A stretch of 64,000 bases of DNA from the NCBI GenBank assembly GCA_000165425.1, contig CT868046.1:124001-188000 (forward strand). The letters are read 5' to 3'. This document shows positions 1-14,600 of this stretch, one piece after another (position 1 is the first letter of the stretch; every line of letters begins with the position of its first letter). The notes beneath the pieces were generated by a model. That model ran no database searches. It saw nothing but the letters and a program-made list of their open reading frames with translations, and had not been told where the DNA came from. Made by a program: the position numbers and the translations under genes. The stretch comes from Paramecium tetraurelia (Eukaryota).

Positions 1-112
1 CAACTTGAAATGCCTGGCAATTTTTTGAAGGTCAATTTGATTCACTGTCTTTGAGTATAGATTCTTCTAATATTGCGCTTAAAATATATAATATTAAATA
101 AATTATTAATTT

Positions 113-706
113 ATGTCGAAATAGTAATGGACACTATTGACTACAGACACTTAAAAACTATAATTATTTGGTATGCAAGCCAAAGTCACAACAAATTATG
201 GTGATGTATTTCAAGGCCTCATATATTATTGCGATGAATCAATCATTATTTTAAGTATGATTGAAATAGGAATATAATAGAAAATGAAGAGGACTTCTTT
301 TTAATCAATCAACAATAAATATAAGATTTGCAAACTATTGATATTCAAGATCCTAAAGTATACGTTCCAATAAGCGTAGTAAACGTTATCAAATTTATTG
401 GCAATCGATTTGGCAGCTATGGCATAAGAGATGATAAAAAAGGAGATGAAAGAACCTCATTAACAATTATTCGATCATCTATAAAAATTGTATAGAGATG
501 TTGATTGGAAAGATTAGGAGATCATTATTCCATCTATTTCGATAAGGATTTCACCGCCTTATAAATCAGGTAATATTATTAGTGATTTTACTCATAGATA
601 ATATCTCAGGGGATAATAAATTGGGAGTTGAAAGACTAAGGAAAATTGTAAAGTATATAATAATGAACTTTTTATTTAGGTTGATAAATATGCCAAAAAT
701 TTTTGA
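113..706 (+). CDS. LSM12-like protein (Sm-like N-terminus plus anticodon-binding AD domain), 4 short introns
   Basis: Code-6 translation: MSKQQWTLL...AKVTTNYGDVFQGLIYYCD (Sm-like) ... QQLFDHLQKLYRDVDWKDQEIIIPSISIRISPPY...VERLRKIVDKYAKNF*, which resembles the LSM12 AD domain. GT..AG introns of about 22-32 nt restore the frame. TGA at 704-706. Confidence 0.65.
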
Positions 707-772
707 ATATAGTTAAACATTATATAGATAAATATAATATTTTTACATTGCAATTTTGCAATATTTAATTTT

Positions 773-1325
773 ATGAATAATCGAGAAGAGGAGAAACAGA
801 CCCAATAAGGAGACGATACGTAAATATTTAATTTAAGTAAGAGCTAATAATAACGATGAGGAATAGAGAAAATAATATTTATAGGATTTGTAAAAACGAG
901 TAAAAGAATCTAGAAAACAACCTGATTGCTTTGAATGCTGTTTTGCATATTGGTTATTTATCTTATTAGGATTTGTGTTTAGACAACTCTTCTAAAAAAA
1001 AGTAGATGAAACACCTGAGGGCTGCGATTTCATTGGATTAATTATATCAATACTTTTGATTGTGTTTTCATTGTCTGCTTTTTGCAGATTTATAGATGGC
1101 TTTTGCATTTTAATACCTTGCAAAAATACTAGTTGCTTTCATTTATCTTTAAGATTCCACGATCTCAACAACCTTATCAATTTTTAGACATGCAAATGGG
1201 GTTTAATTATATTGACCATCATATGGCTACTCAATTATAGCTGCATTGTATTTTGGCCGATGTTTATCTTCCTATTGATAACTTGGATATTGGTATTAGT
1301 ATGGAAGGCAATGGAAAATGAATGA
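773..1325 (+). CDS. Small multi-pass membrane protein of unknown function, 1 intron
   Basis: MNNREEEK... with hydrophobic stretches CFAYWLFILLGFVF, FIGLIISILLIVFSLSAF, WGLIILTIIWLL and IVFWPMFIFLLITWILVLVW. TGA at 1323-1325. Confidence 0.7.
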
Positions 1326-1393
1326 TAGATTTATTGAATAATAATTTTAAAACCAAAAAGAAGCAAAAACGATTTTTAATAATAATATAAATT

Positions 1394-1859
1394 ATGATTA
1401 AGGCAATTCTCATCTGTGTCTTATTATTATCAGTAACTGCAGGACATGTAAGAAAAAGTCACAAAGCAGTCCATAATAAAAAAGCAAGGACCTTTAATAG
1501 TGCATTCATTGAATTTGAAAATTTGGGAGATAAAGATTACCATTTGAGCGCAAAAGAAGCATGTAATTACTTAATTCTCTATATTCTTATTAGAACATTG
1601 GGCTCAAATTACATCAGACGTAGAGACTTAAACCAAAAAGCACACCTCATTCACAGAAACTCATGCTGAATATGTTCCAGGAGTTGTTGGAGAAGTACTC
1701 GATCTTTCAAACAATGCTGGAGTTATTTCCTACACAGCAACCGACATCAATGGAAATATTCTTGAATCTGAGACAGGAAGTGATTTGGCAAGTAAATTGA
1801 ATGCTGCCTATCTTGAAACGACCTCAAAAATTTAGGATTCAACCGCAGAATCTCTTTGA
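1394..1859 (+). CDS. Small secreted protein (signal peptide), 1 intron
   Basis: Signal peptide MIKAILICVLLLSVTAG. Removing the intron gtaattac...cttattag gives QHWAQITSD...YVPGVVGEVLDLSNNAGVISYTATDING...AESL*. Confidence 0.75.
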
Positions 1860-2676
1860 GATTTATTATATAAACATAAACAAATATCATAATTAAAATC
1901 TTTAGAATTTATAGCCTTTTCTTTAAAATATCGATTCGTAAGAGCTCAAATACAAATACAGTTTAATTTAATCTATAAATTTTCACTGTTATGTGTAGTA
2001 CACAAAAGCGTATTATAGCATCAGAAATTATTATACTAAAAATAAAGAAACTTGTTATTAAAGTGATAAATTAATTTTTTGATTTCAAGAATTAAATGAA
2101 CAAACAGAAATTATGTTTGCCTCATCTCTTTGTCCACTTAAAGAAGTAAGGGTATTTGTATTGTATTTTGAATAAGTAGATAAAAAGTCAAAGTTTTTTA
2201 ATCTCACTTAATTAATTTTGCGAAAATGATTGTTTTTGAAACAATAGTTTTAAAAATTAAATATTATTTAAGTATAGCAAAAAAAATAGAGTTCTTGTGT
2301 GACTATGATATGATCGAAGTTAGAGAGATTTAAAAAACGAGAGTTCTAAGGGGGCTATTTTCATTTGTTGAAATATGTTCATTTCATTTGTTTACTAGGC
2401 TTAAAAAAAATTTGAAAAATAGGAAATTCCAACGCTATTTTGAGGGAAAACTATTTTCTAATTGAATTATGGATGAGATCTGAAGACTGATTGAAATATT
2501 TAAACTTAAAAGTTCAGAAGGGATTTTGTAGCAATTGAAATAGAATGACTATTCATCATTTTAACAGAAAATTATAAATGTTTATAAATTATAATCCTAA
2601 TGATGAGTGGAAAAAACGAATTTTCTAGTTATTTTAAGGAATATGATAATACAATATTCATTATTATTTTTATTTT

Positions 2677-5600
2677 ATGAATAATAAAACGCTGCTTATA
2701 GTGTTATTACTAGCTTGCACTTTAGGAGGTATGAGTTGATCGTTAAATATAGCTTAATAATTCATTTAATTGGGTAGCAATTTAAAATTGCATAGTTTAA
2801 GTGAATTGCATCAATTGGAGACTAATTCCCTGGAATGTAGTCCGACATTGGGTGAAGTAAGCAAATCAATGGATACATGGTCTGAAATCTTAGAAAATCA
2901 AGACCAACTCAATGCAGATTCGCATAATCTTTAATAATTAAAGGTGGCATTGCAAGATTTTCGAGGAGACGGTTACGAAGATGTCGAACCAAGTAAATAA
3001 ATTAATTTAAATTTTAGTATTGTTGCAATTCAGAAATTCATTTTCAGATATCTTGAGTCAAATAAGCGCACACCATCTACAAATTACCCCTTATCAAAGA
3101 TGGAGAAAGGATAGTGCCATGGAATTACAAGGAGTAGTAAGTTTATTAGATACTGCTGAGAATGATAAAGAATTACAAATGTGCTGCGATAGAATAGAAT
3201 AATTGATTAATAGATTAATGTCAGAGAGAGAATAAGTGAGAAAGCAATGTTAAAAGGGACCCTAGGTAAGATTAATTTGAATATTATTAGATTACAATCA
3301 ACATTATAAATTCTAAAGCAGACCAAGTGAGAGAAGTTACAAAAGAATGTTCAGATGGTTAAGGAACTATTATAAGAATTAAACCGCTTGAAGATGATAA
3401 ACAAGTAGTCCCAGGAAAACCTGATGGTCAATAACAAGGAAATGAAGAAACTAAGAAACCTGTCCAACCTATCTAACCAATCTAACCAACATAACCAGTC
3501 CGACCAGGTCCAGCTGATAGAGTTCCAGAAGGAGATGATTAATAGGAATAAAGTGTTTCTGAACCAAGTAGTACAACAGATGAAGAGGATGATGAGGATT
3601 CCACAAATAAAAAGAAACCAGCTGACTTTACCAATCCAGATCCTGTGGTATAGAAGGAAAGAGAAAGTCAAGAACCATTGACTGAATATGGTTACGGATA
3701 TTGGGCTAAATTTTTATTGGCTTATCCTAAGTTCTTACCGAATGGAAAAGATGCTCCTTGGTATTTTGTCTCTAGATTGAGTGCAAATAAGAAAGATGAA
3801 AATATCAATATGGGAGATAGATTGTTGGCTGTTTGGTTGGGTAAAGGATATTATCATTTCACAACTTGTGATTAACCAAAGAATCAACCAAATGTTGCTC
3901 AAAATGTTAATTATCCTGAAGATTTTGATGGTGTTTGGACTTATATTTACTATTCATACAGTGTTGAGAAAAAGAGAGCTGTTGCTTTTATCAAATTTGG
4001 AAATGATGATCTTAAAAAGGTTACTCATGATGTTTTGAATCCATCAACAAAATGGGTTAGATTCACTATTGGAGGTAAAGATTAAAATAGATATCCTGGC
4101 TTCAATGGTTTAATCTAATAAATTTATTTCAGTACTAAACCAGGTGTCTTCCTTGATTCTGAAGATGATGTTATTGGTAAATTGTAAGCATAAAAGAAAC
4201 AACCAAAGGATTTCTTACCTGAATTAATTACTTATAAGGTGGTCTCAAATCCATAATAAAGAGATCCCGATACCAAAGAAATTCTTTCTATTGTTGGAAC
4301 AACAAAAAATCCAAAGTTTCCACATGAATATGCTTTCAGTGGTTGGTTCAAATGGGAAGCACCAAAATAACAATAAGATTGGCATAATATCTTCAGAGTT
4401 CAAATACAACAACCATCAACTGATAAATTCTTGGGAGATAGAACATTATCTGCCTGGGTAGGAAAACAAGATGGAGGTATCATTCATTTACCAACCTATA
4501 CATTTTCTAATTTGGAAGGTGGTGGTAATCCAAATGTGATTAGGAATATCCCACACTAAAATAGACACACTGAATGGTTCTTTGTTTATTTTGGATATTC
4601 AAGACCTTAGAAGAAGGCTGTTGCTACAATTCAATGGAAACAATCAACTGAAAAATAAGAATATGAAAACATCAGACACTTCCAAGTTCCTAAGTTCTAC
4701 ATTTATGTAGGAAAAGACAAATAATTCCCAGGATTCAATGGTAAAGTTGCATTAGTTGCTTTCAACGTTGGAGAAGGATCATTCAAACCTAGCAATGACT
4801 TTACAGGAAAAGGTGATCCCTTTAGTTTTGTGACTGGTAAAAAGAAATTGATTGGAGTTCAACCAGAAATAGACACTGAAGAAGATCCTGAAAAATAAAA
4901 GAAACCATATAAAGCAGTTGATGATGTAGAGACTGATGGTTTGACTAGACCAAGTTCAAGCGAAGAAAATAAACCAGTCATTGAAGAAAATTAAGAAGAT
5001 GAAAACGAATTAGTCGAATATGGTTATGGATTTTGGATGAGATTCTTAACTGCTTACCCTGATAGATTATTGAATGGAAAGAATGCTCCATGGTACTTTG
5101 TTTCTAGATTAACTTCAAATATGAATTACAAAAATATTGATATGGGTGACAGATTACTAGCCATTTGGTAAGGTTAAGGATATTACCATTTCACTACTTG
5201 TGATTAACCAAAGAACCAAGCCAATGTAATTCAAAATATCAATTATCCAAATGACATTGAAGGATTGTGGACATACGTTTACTATTCATACAGTTCAGAA
5301 GCTAAAAAAGCTATTGCCTTCATCAAATATGCAGATCAAGAACCAAGAACAATCTTACACTCAGTTCAACATCCCGCTGCCAAGAAAGTCAAATTCATTT
5401 TGGGTGGTATGGATAATAAATAATATCCTGGATTCAATGGTTTATTTAGTTAAGTCACATTTTCAGCTAGACCAGGAGTATTTTTGGATACAATTGAAGA
5501 CTTTTCAGATTAATTAAAAAGAACAATAATACCAAAGTAAGATTTGGATTAATTCTACAATCATGAATTAGTTTCTGATATCATTTCTAGAAAACCAAAT

Positions 5601-8600
5601 GACATTCCAGACTATGATGAAATTGGTGGTGGACAAGAAATGTTCCCACATGAATATGCCATTTCAGGATGGTTCAAATGGGAACAAACTTAATAATAGG
5701 TTTGGCACAATGTTTTCAGAGTTCAAATAAAGAAGCCATCCACTGACAGATTCTTGGGAGATAGAACATTATCTTGTTGGATTGGTACTGCTTAAGGAGG
5801 TATCTTACATTTCCCAACATACACATACACAAATATGAATGGAGCAGGTAATCCAAATATGGTCAGCAATATCCAACACAAGAATAGAATTTTCGATTGG
5901 TTCTTTGTTTACTTTGGATATTCAAAAAATTAATAAAAGGCATTTGTCGGAGTTAGATTTGCATCAGGACTTGAAACCTTAGAGTATAACAATGTCAATC
6001 ATTATTATGCACCTAAATTCTACACATTCGCTGGCAAAGACTTGCACTTCCCAGGATTGAATGGCAAATTGGCATATGTGAACTTTAACTTAGGAGATGG
6101 AACATTCAGAAAGACTCCAGATTTCAAACATCCAGATGACATCTTTGGATTACAAAAGGGTGAAATCAACATCCTCAAAAAGCCAGATTAAAAGAAAGTA
6201 CAACCAGAAGTTGATAAGGAAACTGGAGAAACTTAAATTCCAAATGCAGTATCTGATAATACACCCAAAGTTACTAAGGAATTCAAATCAGAATAACCTC
6301 TTGCTGAATATGGTTACGGATTTTGGATGAGATTCTTAACTGCTTATCCAGTCAAATTGCCGAATGGAAAGAATGCACCTTGGTATTTCATTTCAAGATT
6401 AGCCAACAGACCTAATTATGATAATATTGCTATGGGAGATAGAACTTTGGCTATTTGGTAAGGACAAGGATATTATCACTTCACCACATGCAATTTACCA
6501 GGACAAGTCAATGTAATTAAGAATGTCAATTACCCAGCTGATATTGAAGGATTGTGGACATATGTCTACTATTCATATAGTAGATAAGAGAAGAAGGCAG
6601 TTGCATTCATTAAATTTGGTGCAACAGATCCAATTGATGTTGTTCACTAAGTTACTCATCCAGATAATAATTATGTTAAATTCATTTTGGGAGGTAAAGA
6701 CAATAATAGATATCCTGCATTCAATGGTTAATTCTAATCAGTTGTTCACTCTGCTTCTCCTGGAGCCTATATTGGATCCCTTGATTAATTCAAGGCTTTC
6801 CTTGATAAACAACCAAATCCTTTAGGATCTAAAGTTCCTTTGACCACAACCCCACTAGTTGATAGTTAAATCACAAGAAATCCAGGAACTCCAGGAAATA
6901 CATAAACTGTTGAAGCTCCATTCCCTAAAGAATACGCGTTCTCAGGTTGGTACAAATGGGAATAACCAACACCCTAATAGGCATGGCACAATCTATTCAG
7001 AGTCCAAATCAGTTAGCCATCAACAGACAACAGTCTTGGTGATAGAACTTTAGCAGGATGGGTTGGAAGTGGAGCAGGAGGTATCATTCATTTGACAACA
7101 TACTCATACAAGAATATGAATGGAGCTGGTCCAAATAATCTACCATAAAATATCAATCATAAAAATAGACATTTTGAATGGTTCTTTGTTTACATGGGAT
7201 ATTCAAAGAATGATAAAGCAGCTTATGCATATGTCAAATGGAGAGATAGCGAAGATAATTTAGAATACAAAGACATCAATCACTACCTTGCTAAGAAATA
7301 TTTTGTTTTCGTTGGTAAAGATGTTCAATTCCCAGGATTCAATGGAAGAATTGCATCTACAGCCTTTAATCATGGAGAAGGATCATTTAGAAAAGGAAAT
7401 GATTTCAAACATCCAACTGATGCATTCAAATTTGATAAAGGAAGCTAGTTAATTCCAAAAGTTGATCCAACAAAACCTGTTGTAGATGATAAGACTGAAT
7501 ATGGAAGCAAATTCAATAATAATGCCCCCAACGTTGATAAAACTTTGGCATCCAACGATCTTTTGGTTGAATATGGTTATGGATTCTGGGCTAGATTCTT
7601 AACTGCATATCCAGCAAGATTAATTAATGGAAAGAATCAACCATGGTACTTTGTAGCAAGATTAACAACCAATGTCCAATATGATAACATTAGAATGGGA
7701 GATAGAGCCTTAGCTATTTGGTAAGGACAAGGATTCTACCATTATACAACATGCAATAAATAAGACGGAAATGTTAATGTGATTTAAAACATCAATTATC
7801 CAGCTGATATTGAAGGAGTTTGGACATACATCTACTATTCATACAGTGCAGAGAAGAAGAAAGCTGTGGGATTCATTAAGTATGGAAATGATGATGTCAA
7901 ATCAATCACTCATTCAATAACACATCCAGAAACCAGATAAGTTAGATTCATTTTAGGTGGTATGGATAACAATAGATATCCAGCCTTTAATGGTATCTTC
8001 ACTAAAGTCTCATATTCTCATGAGAAAGGAGCATTCATTGATAGTTTAGATGTTTTGAAAACAAGATTAGGAATTGTGCCAGATGTTGACACTCCAGCTG
8101 TTAACAAGAAGATTGTTGCAGGATAAATAGAAAGAGTTCCAACTGTTGCTCATATTGGTGAAACTGTTGGAGATGAATAAACTAAATTACCATAAGAATA
8201 TGCTTTAAGTGGATGGTTTAGATGGGATAAATTATAAGGATAGTAAGTATGGCATAATATCTTCAGAGTTACAATTAATTCACCATTCTCTGATAGATTT
8301 TTAGGAGATAGAACATTAGCTGTTTGGGTTGGTACCACCGCAGGAGGTATTTTACATCACACTACTTATACATACAATAATATGAATGGAGCAGGAAATC
8401 CTAATATTATTCAAAATATATAACACAAAGATAGACATTAAGAGTGGTTCTTTTTGTATTATGGATATTCAAAGAAAGATCAAAAAGCTTATGCTTATGT
8501 CAAATTCAAGGATAGTGAGGAATCATTAACTTTCTAGAAAATCAATCACTACTTAGCCCCTAAGTTCTTTGTTTATTTAGGCAAAGATCCTAACTTCTAA

Positions 8601-11600
8601 GGATTCAATGGTTAAATTGGATTTGTTAATTTCAACATTGGTAAAGGTAGTTTCAAAACAGGAAACGATTTCCCAGATGATAAAGATAAATTTGGATTTT
8701 TAGATGGATCTAAAGCTATTGCTAAACCCGTTGAACCACCTAAACCAGATGCAATTCCAGAAGCTGATAAATCAGTATTTGCAAGTGCTTCAAGTGCAGA
8801 TTCTGCAAAGGTTGACAAATAGACTGTTGCGGGTGATTAAAATTTAGTTGAATATGGTTATGGATATTGGTTGAGATTCTTAACAAAGTATCCAGAGTAA
8901 TTACCAAATGGAAAGAATTAACCATGGTACTTTATATCCAGATTAACTACAAATGTTCAATATGATAATATTAGAATGGGAGATAGAGCTTTGGCAATTT
9001 GGTAAGGATAAGGATACTATCATTTCACTACATGTGATTAAAAGAGTAACAATGCCAATGTGATTAAGAATGTCGATTATCCAAATGATATTGAAGGTAT
9101 TTGGACTTACATTTACTATTCATACAGTTCAAAAGAAAACAATGCAATTGCCTTTATTAAGTTTGGAGATAGTGATTTCTAATAAGTGACTCATTAAGTC
9201 GTTCATCCAGCTGCAAAATAAGTTAGATTCATCTTGGGAGGCACAGATGAAAAGAGATATCCTGCATTCAATGGTCTATTCACTAATGTTTATTTTAATG
9301 CTAGAGTTGGAGCATACATCAATTCATTGCCAAATCTCAACAAATTACTAGATACTTAAGGACCAAAACCAAGCATAAAACTAGTTGATTTGGCTACTAC
9401 TATTTTGATTGATAAGGAAAGTTCTAGAACTCCAAAGGATGAGCCTATCACAACTGAGGTGGAAGAAAAGAGGTTACCTCATCAATATGCATTCAGTGGT
9501 TGGTTTAGATGGGGAGCTATAGCATAGGAAGCTTGGCATAATATTTTCAGAGTATAACTCAAGACACCTTCTACAGACAATGTCTTGGGAGACAGAACCT
9601 TATCAGCTTGGTTGGGAACAGCAGAAGGAGGTATCATCCATCTACCTACATACACATACACTAATATGAATGGAGGTGGTAATTCCAATCTTTATAAGAA
9701 CCATTCCACATAAAGGAAGAAATACTGAATGGCATTTCCTATACTTTGGATATTCAAAGGATTAAAACAAAGCTCAAGCTTATATTAAATGGACTCAATC
9801 AGAAGATACTCTTGAATACCCCGACACCAGACATTACTTTGCATCTAAATTCTATATCTTCACAGGAAGAGATAAACATTACCCTGGTTTCAATGGAAAC
9901 ATTGCTTAAGCCAAATTCAATATTGGTGAAGGATCATTTGTTCCAGACAAGAACTTCAACTTACCAAAAGATCCATTCTCATTTGGAAGTGGAGTTAATA
10001 CCTACCATAAAGACTAACCAAAACCATAACCAGAAATAAAACCAGATACTAAAGTGCTTGATAATTCTGAAACACAGAAAGTACCAGTAGTGAACAAAGA
10101 GTTGAAGGATGACAAGGAATTAACAAGTTTATGGATATGGATTTTGGATGAGATATTTGACAGTTTATCCAGAAAGATAAATCAATGGTAAGAATTAACC
10201 ATGGTACTTTGTCTCAAGATTGACATGGAATGAAAAATATGATAACATTGCTATGGGAGACAGAACTCTGGCCATATGGTAAGGAGCAGGATATTATCAC
10301 TTCACCACATGCAACATTGCCAATGGAAATACTAATATGATCTAAAATATCAATTTCCCAACTGACATCGAAGGATTATGGACATATGTCTATTATTCAT
10401 ACAGCAGAGCCAGTAAATAAGCTGTTGCATTCATTCAATATGGTAACGATGCTCCATAAACAATTACTCATTCCACCTAACACAAAGATACTAAATATGT
10501 CAGATTTATTTTGGGAGGTAATGATGAGGGTAGATACCCAGGATTCAATGGTCAATTCACAAGTGTATCAATTGATTAAACTTTATATTGGTACATCTTG
10601 ATGAATTCAAGGCATTTGTTACAAAGATTGGAGTTCCATAAGTTGGATTGAGATAATTGACAACTGTAGGTTTGGTTGATTAAGTCAGCAGAAGTTCTGA
10701 AGCAGACATTACAAAAGAAGCCACTGTTGGAGGAGGTGATTAGAAATTCCCATCTGAGTATGCAATTAGTGGTTGGTTCAAATGGAAACCAACAGCCTAA
10801 GCATCATGGCATAACATCTTCAGAGTCTAAATTAAGAAACCATCAACTGATAACTTCTTGGGAGATAGAACATTAACAATGTGGGTTGGTACTCCTGAAG
10901 GAGGTATTCTCCATTTCCCAACTTACACATATGACAATATGGTAGGTGGAGGAAATACAAATCTCTACAAAAACATTCAACACAAAGGAAGACATACTGA
11001 ATGGTTCTATGTTTATTATGGTTACTCAAGAACAATCTCTAAAGCTTAAGTTTACGTGAAATGGGCATCATCAGATGATGCTCTTACTTATGATAATGTT
11101 AGACATTATTTGACTCCAGAATTCTATGTGTTTGTTGGCAGAGATAAATAATATCCAGGACTTAGTGGTAAGATGGGTTACGTGAAATTCAATCTTGGGG
11201 ATGGATCATTCTTAAAGGATCCAAATCTCGATCATCCTTAAGATGCTTTTGGATTCAAATCAGGAATTGATAATTTAGTTAAGAAACCTTCTGCTGCAAT
11301 TGAACCAGGCACACCAATTACTGAAGAATTAAGCAACGGCTTCGAACAAAAGACCCCAGTTATTGATAAGGCTGCACCAGCTTGAAAGAGAGCTTGAAGA
11401 ATATGGTTATGGATTTTGGTTCAGATTCTTACACAACTATCCAGTCAGATTACCAAGTGGAAAGAATTAACCATGGTATTTCGTTGTCAGATTGGCTAAT
11501 CAAGAGAAATATGATAACATTAGAATGGGAGATAGAATGTTGGCTGTTTGGTAAGGATAAGGATACTATCATTTCACTACATGCAACAAAGTAGACAACA

Positions 11601-14600
11601 ATCCAAATTACATTAAGAATATCAATTATCCAGAAGACATTGAAGGTCTATGGACATATCTCTACTATTCATATAGTGATGACAAGAACAGAGCAGTTGG
11701 TCATATCAAATATGGAAATGATGACATACAATCAATTAGACATGATGTCAATCATCCTGAAACTAAATATGTGAGATTCGTATTGGGAGGTAATGATGAG
11801 GGAAGATATCCAGGATTCAATGGTGTGTTCTCATAAATAACATTCAGCACCAAAGAAGGAGCATTTATTGATACTGCTGATCTCTTAAAAGGATTCATTA
11901 GTAAATTAACTAAGCCTTCTTAAGGATTCAATGATCTAGCCAATTACAAATTGATCGAAGATAGTTTGACAAGAACTTCAGATGATAAACCACTAACAAA
12001 GATTATAGGAAAAGAAACAGAAAGATTCCCAGCTGAATACTCATTCAGTGGATGGTTCAAGTGGTAACCACTAGCCTAATAACCATGGCATAACATTTTC
12101 AGAGTGTAACTCAAGACACCCTCTACAGACAGTGTCTTAGGTGATAGAACATTGTCAGCATGGGTTGGAACAGCTGAAGGAGGTATCATCCATTTACCAA
12201 CATACACTTATGTTAATATGAATGGTGCAGGTAATGCTAATGTTTGGAAGAATATTTAACACAAGAACAGAATCACTAGTTGGTTCTTCCTCTACTTCGG
12301 ATATTCAAAAGATTAATAATTAGCCTAAGCTTACATTAAATGGACAGATGGAGAAGATCAATTATCACATGAGAAGGTAAATCATTATTTAGCAACCTAA
12401 TTCTATGTGTTCACAGGAAGAGATGATCATTACCCAGGATTCAATGGGAAATTGGGCGAGGTTAATTTCAATATTGGTAAAGGTGCCTTCCGTAAACCAA
12501 CTGATTATTCACATGATAAGGATATCTTCGGATTCAAGAGTGGCACAGATAAATTCATTAAAAAACCAAGTGATGAATTCAAGCCTGCTGATGCTAATAA
12601 GAACATTCTTGAAAATGCTTCAAGTTAAGATAAACCAGTTGTAGATAAAGATGTTAATGCTGAAAAACCACTTGAATAGTATGGTTATGGATTTTGGTTG
12701 AGATACCTAACAAAATATCCAGATTAATTACCAAACGGAAAGAACTAACCATGGTACTTTGTATCCAGATTGACTAATCAATAGAATTATGATAATATCA
12801 GAATGGGAGATAGAGTATTGGCCATCTGGTAAGGACAAGGATATTATCACTTCACTACATGCAATTCAGCTACCAATAATCCAAATATGATTATTAATAA
12901 CAATTTCCCTGATGATATTGAAGGATTGTGGACATATATTTATTACTCATACAATGCTGAATAAAATAAAGCTGTTGGTTTCATCAAATATGGCAATACT
13001 GACTTCTAAAGAATCGTTCATGAAACTACTCATTCATTGACCAAATATTTGAGATTCATAGTTGGTGGTAATGATGCTAAGAGATACCCAGGATTCAATG
13101 GTCTATTCACTTCAGTTACATTCTCTACTGAATCAGCATTTGTCTCAGATGCTGATAAATTGAATGCTTACTTGCTCAAGAATCAAGCACCAAGTGTTGC
13201 AGTTCCATTGTAAACAACTGAATTGATTAAAGATCAAATCTCAAGAGATAAGGATGAAAAACCAAGTACTATTCAATCAATCGGAAGCAATAACAAATTC
13301 CCATTGGAATATGCATTGAGTGGCTGGTTCAGATGGAAGCCTACTGCATAAGCTCCATGGCATAATGTTTTCAGAGTCCAAATTAAGAAGACTCCATTCA
13401 CTGATAGTTGGTTAGGTGATAGAACTCTCACTTGTTGGGTTGGTACTGCTGAAGGAGGTATCTTGCATTTCCCTACATACACTTACACTAATATGAATGG
13501 TGGTGGTAATAACAACTTCTATAAGAACATTCAATACAAGAATAGAATTAATGAATGGTTCTTCATCTACTATGGTTATTCCAAAGTTGAAGCCACAGCT
13601 TAGATCTATGTCAAATGGTTTGATTCTGAAGATAGCATGTCCTATGATAAAATAAATCATTATTTGACACCAGAATTCTAAGTGTGGGTTGGTAGAGATG
13701 AAGCATATGTTGGATTAAATGGTAGAATAGCTTATGTTAATTTCAATGCAGGTGAAGGTGCTTATGTCAAAAACAGCAAATTCGATCATCCATAAGACAT
13801 CTTCAAATACAATGTTGGATAAGCTAAATTATTTGAAAAATAATAAGAAGTTAAACCAGGATAAGTTAATAAAGATTAATTACTAAGTGCAACAAGTCAA
13901 GATAAACCAGTTATTGATTAGAATGTTAAGTCAGATAATAACTTGGAAGAATATGGTTATGGTTTCTGGTTGAGATATTTAACTGCCTTCCCAGAAAGAA
14001 TGCTTGGTGGTAAGAACTAACCATGGTACTTTGTTGCTAGAATAGCCAATCAAGAGAACTATGATAATATTAGAATGGGAGATAGATTATTAGCCATTTG
14101 GTAAGGATAAGGATATTATCACTATACAACTTGCAATGCAGTTAATGAAAATGCAAATGTGATTAAAAATATAGATTATCCAGCTGATATTGAAGGTGTT
14201 TTGGACATACATCTACTATTCATACAGTGAAGCTAAATCAAGAGCTATAGGTTTCATCAAATATGGATCTGAAGATACAATCAAAGCCATCCGACATGAT
14301 GTTACTCATCCAGATACAAAATATGTCAGATTCATTCTAGGAGGTAATGATGCTAAGAGATACCCTGGTTTCAACGGTATTTTCACTTAAGTTACATTCG
14401 ATGCTGTTAAAGGAGTTTTCATTGACACAGCTGATTAATTAAAAGGATACATGAACAAATTGGAAAACCCAACAATTGGATAAGTTGATTTACAAACCTA
14501 TAGATTGGTTACAAATGAACAATACAGAGAGAAGACCAATGATCCACTCTTTAATGCAATTGGTAAAGACAATGAGAGATTCCCATTGGAATACTCAATC

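Noticed and set aside
1..60. Possible end of an upstream gene
   Set aside because: Too short to assign a frame, strand or product.
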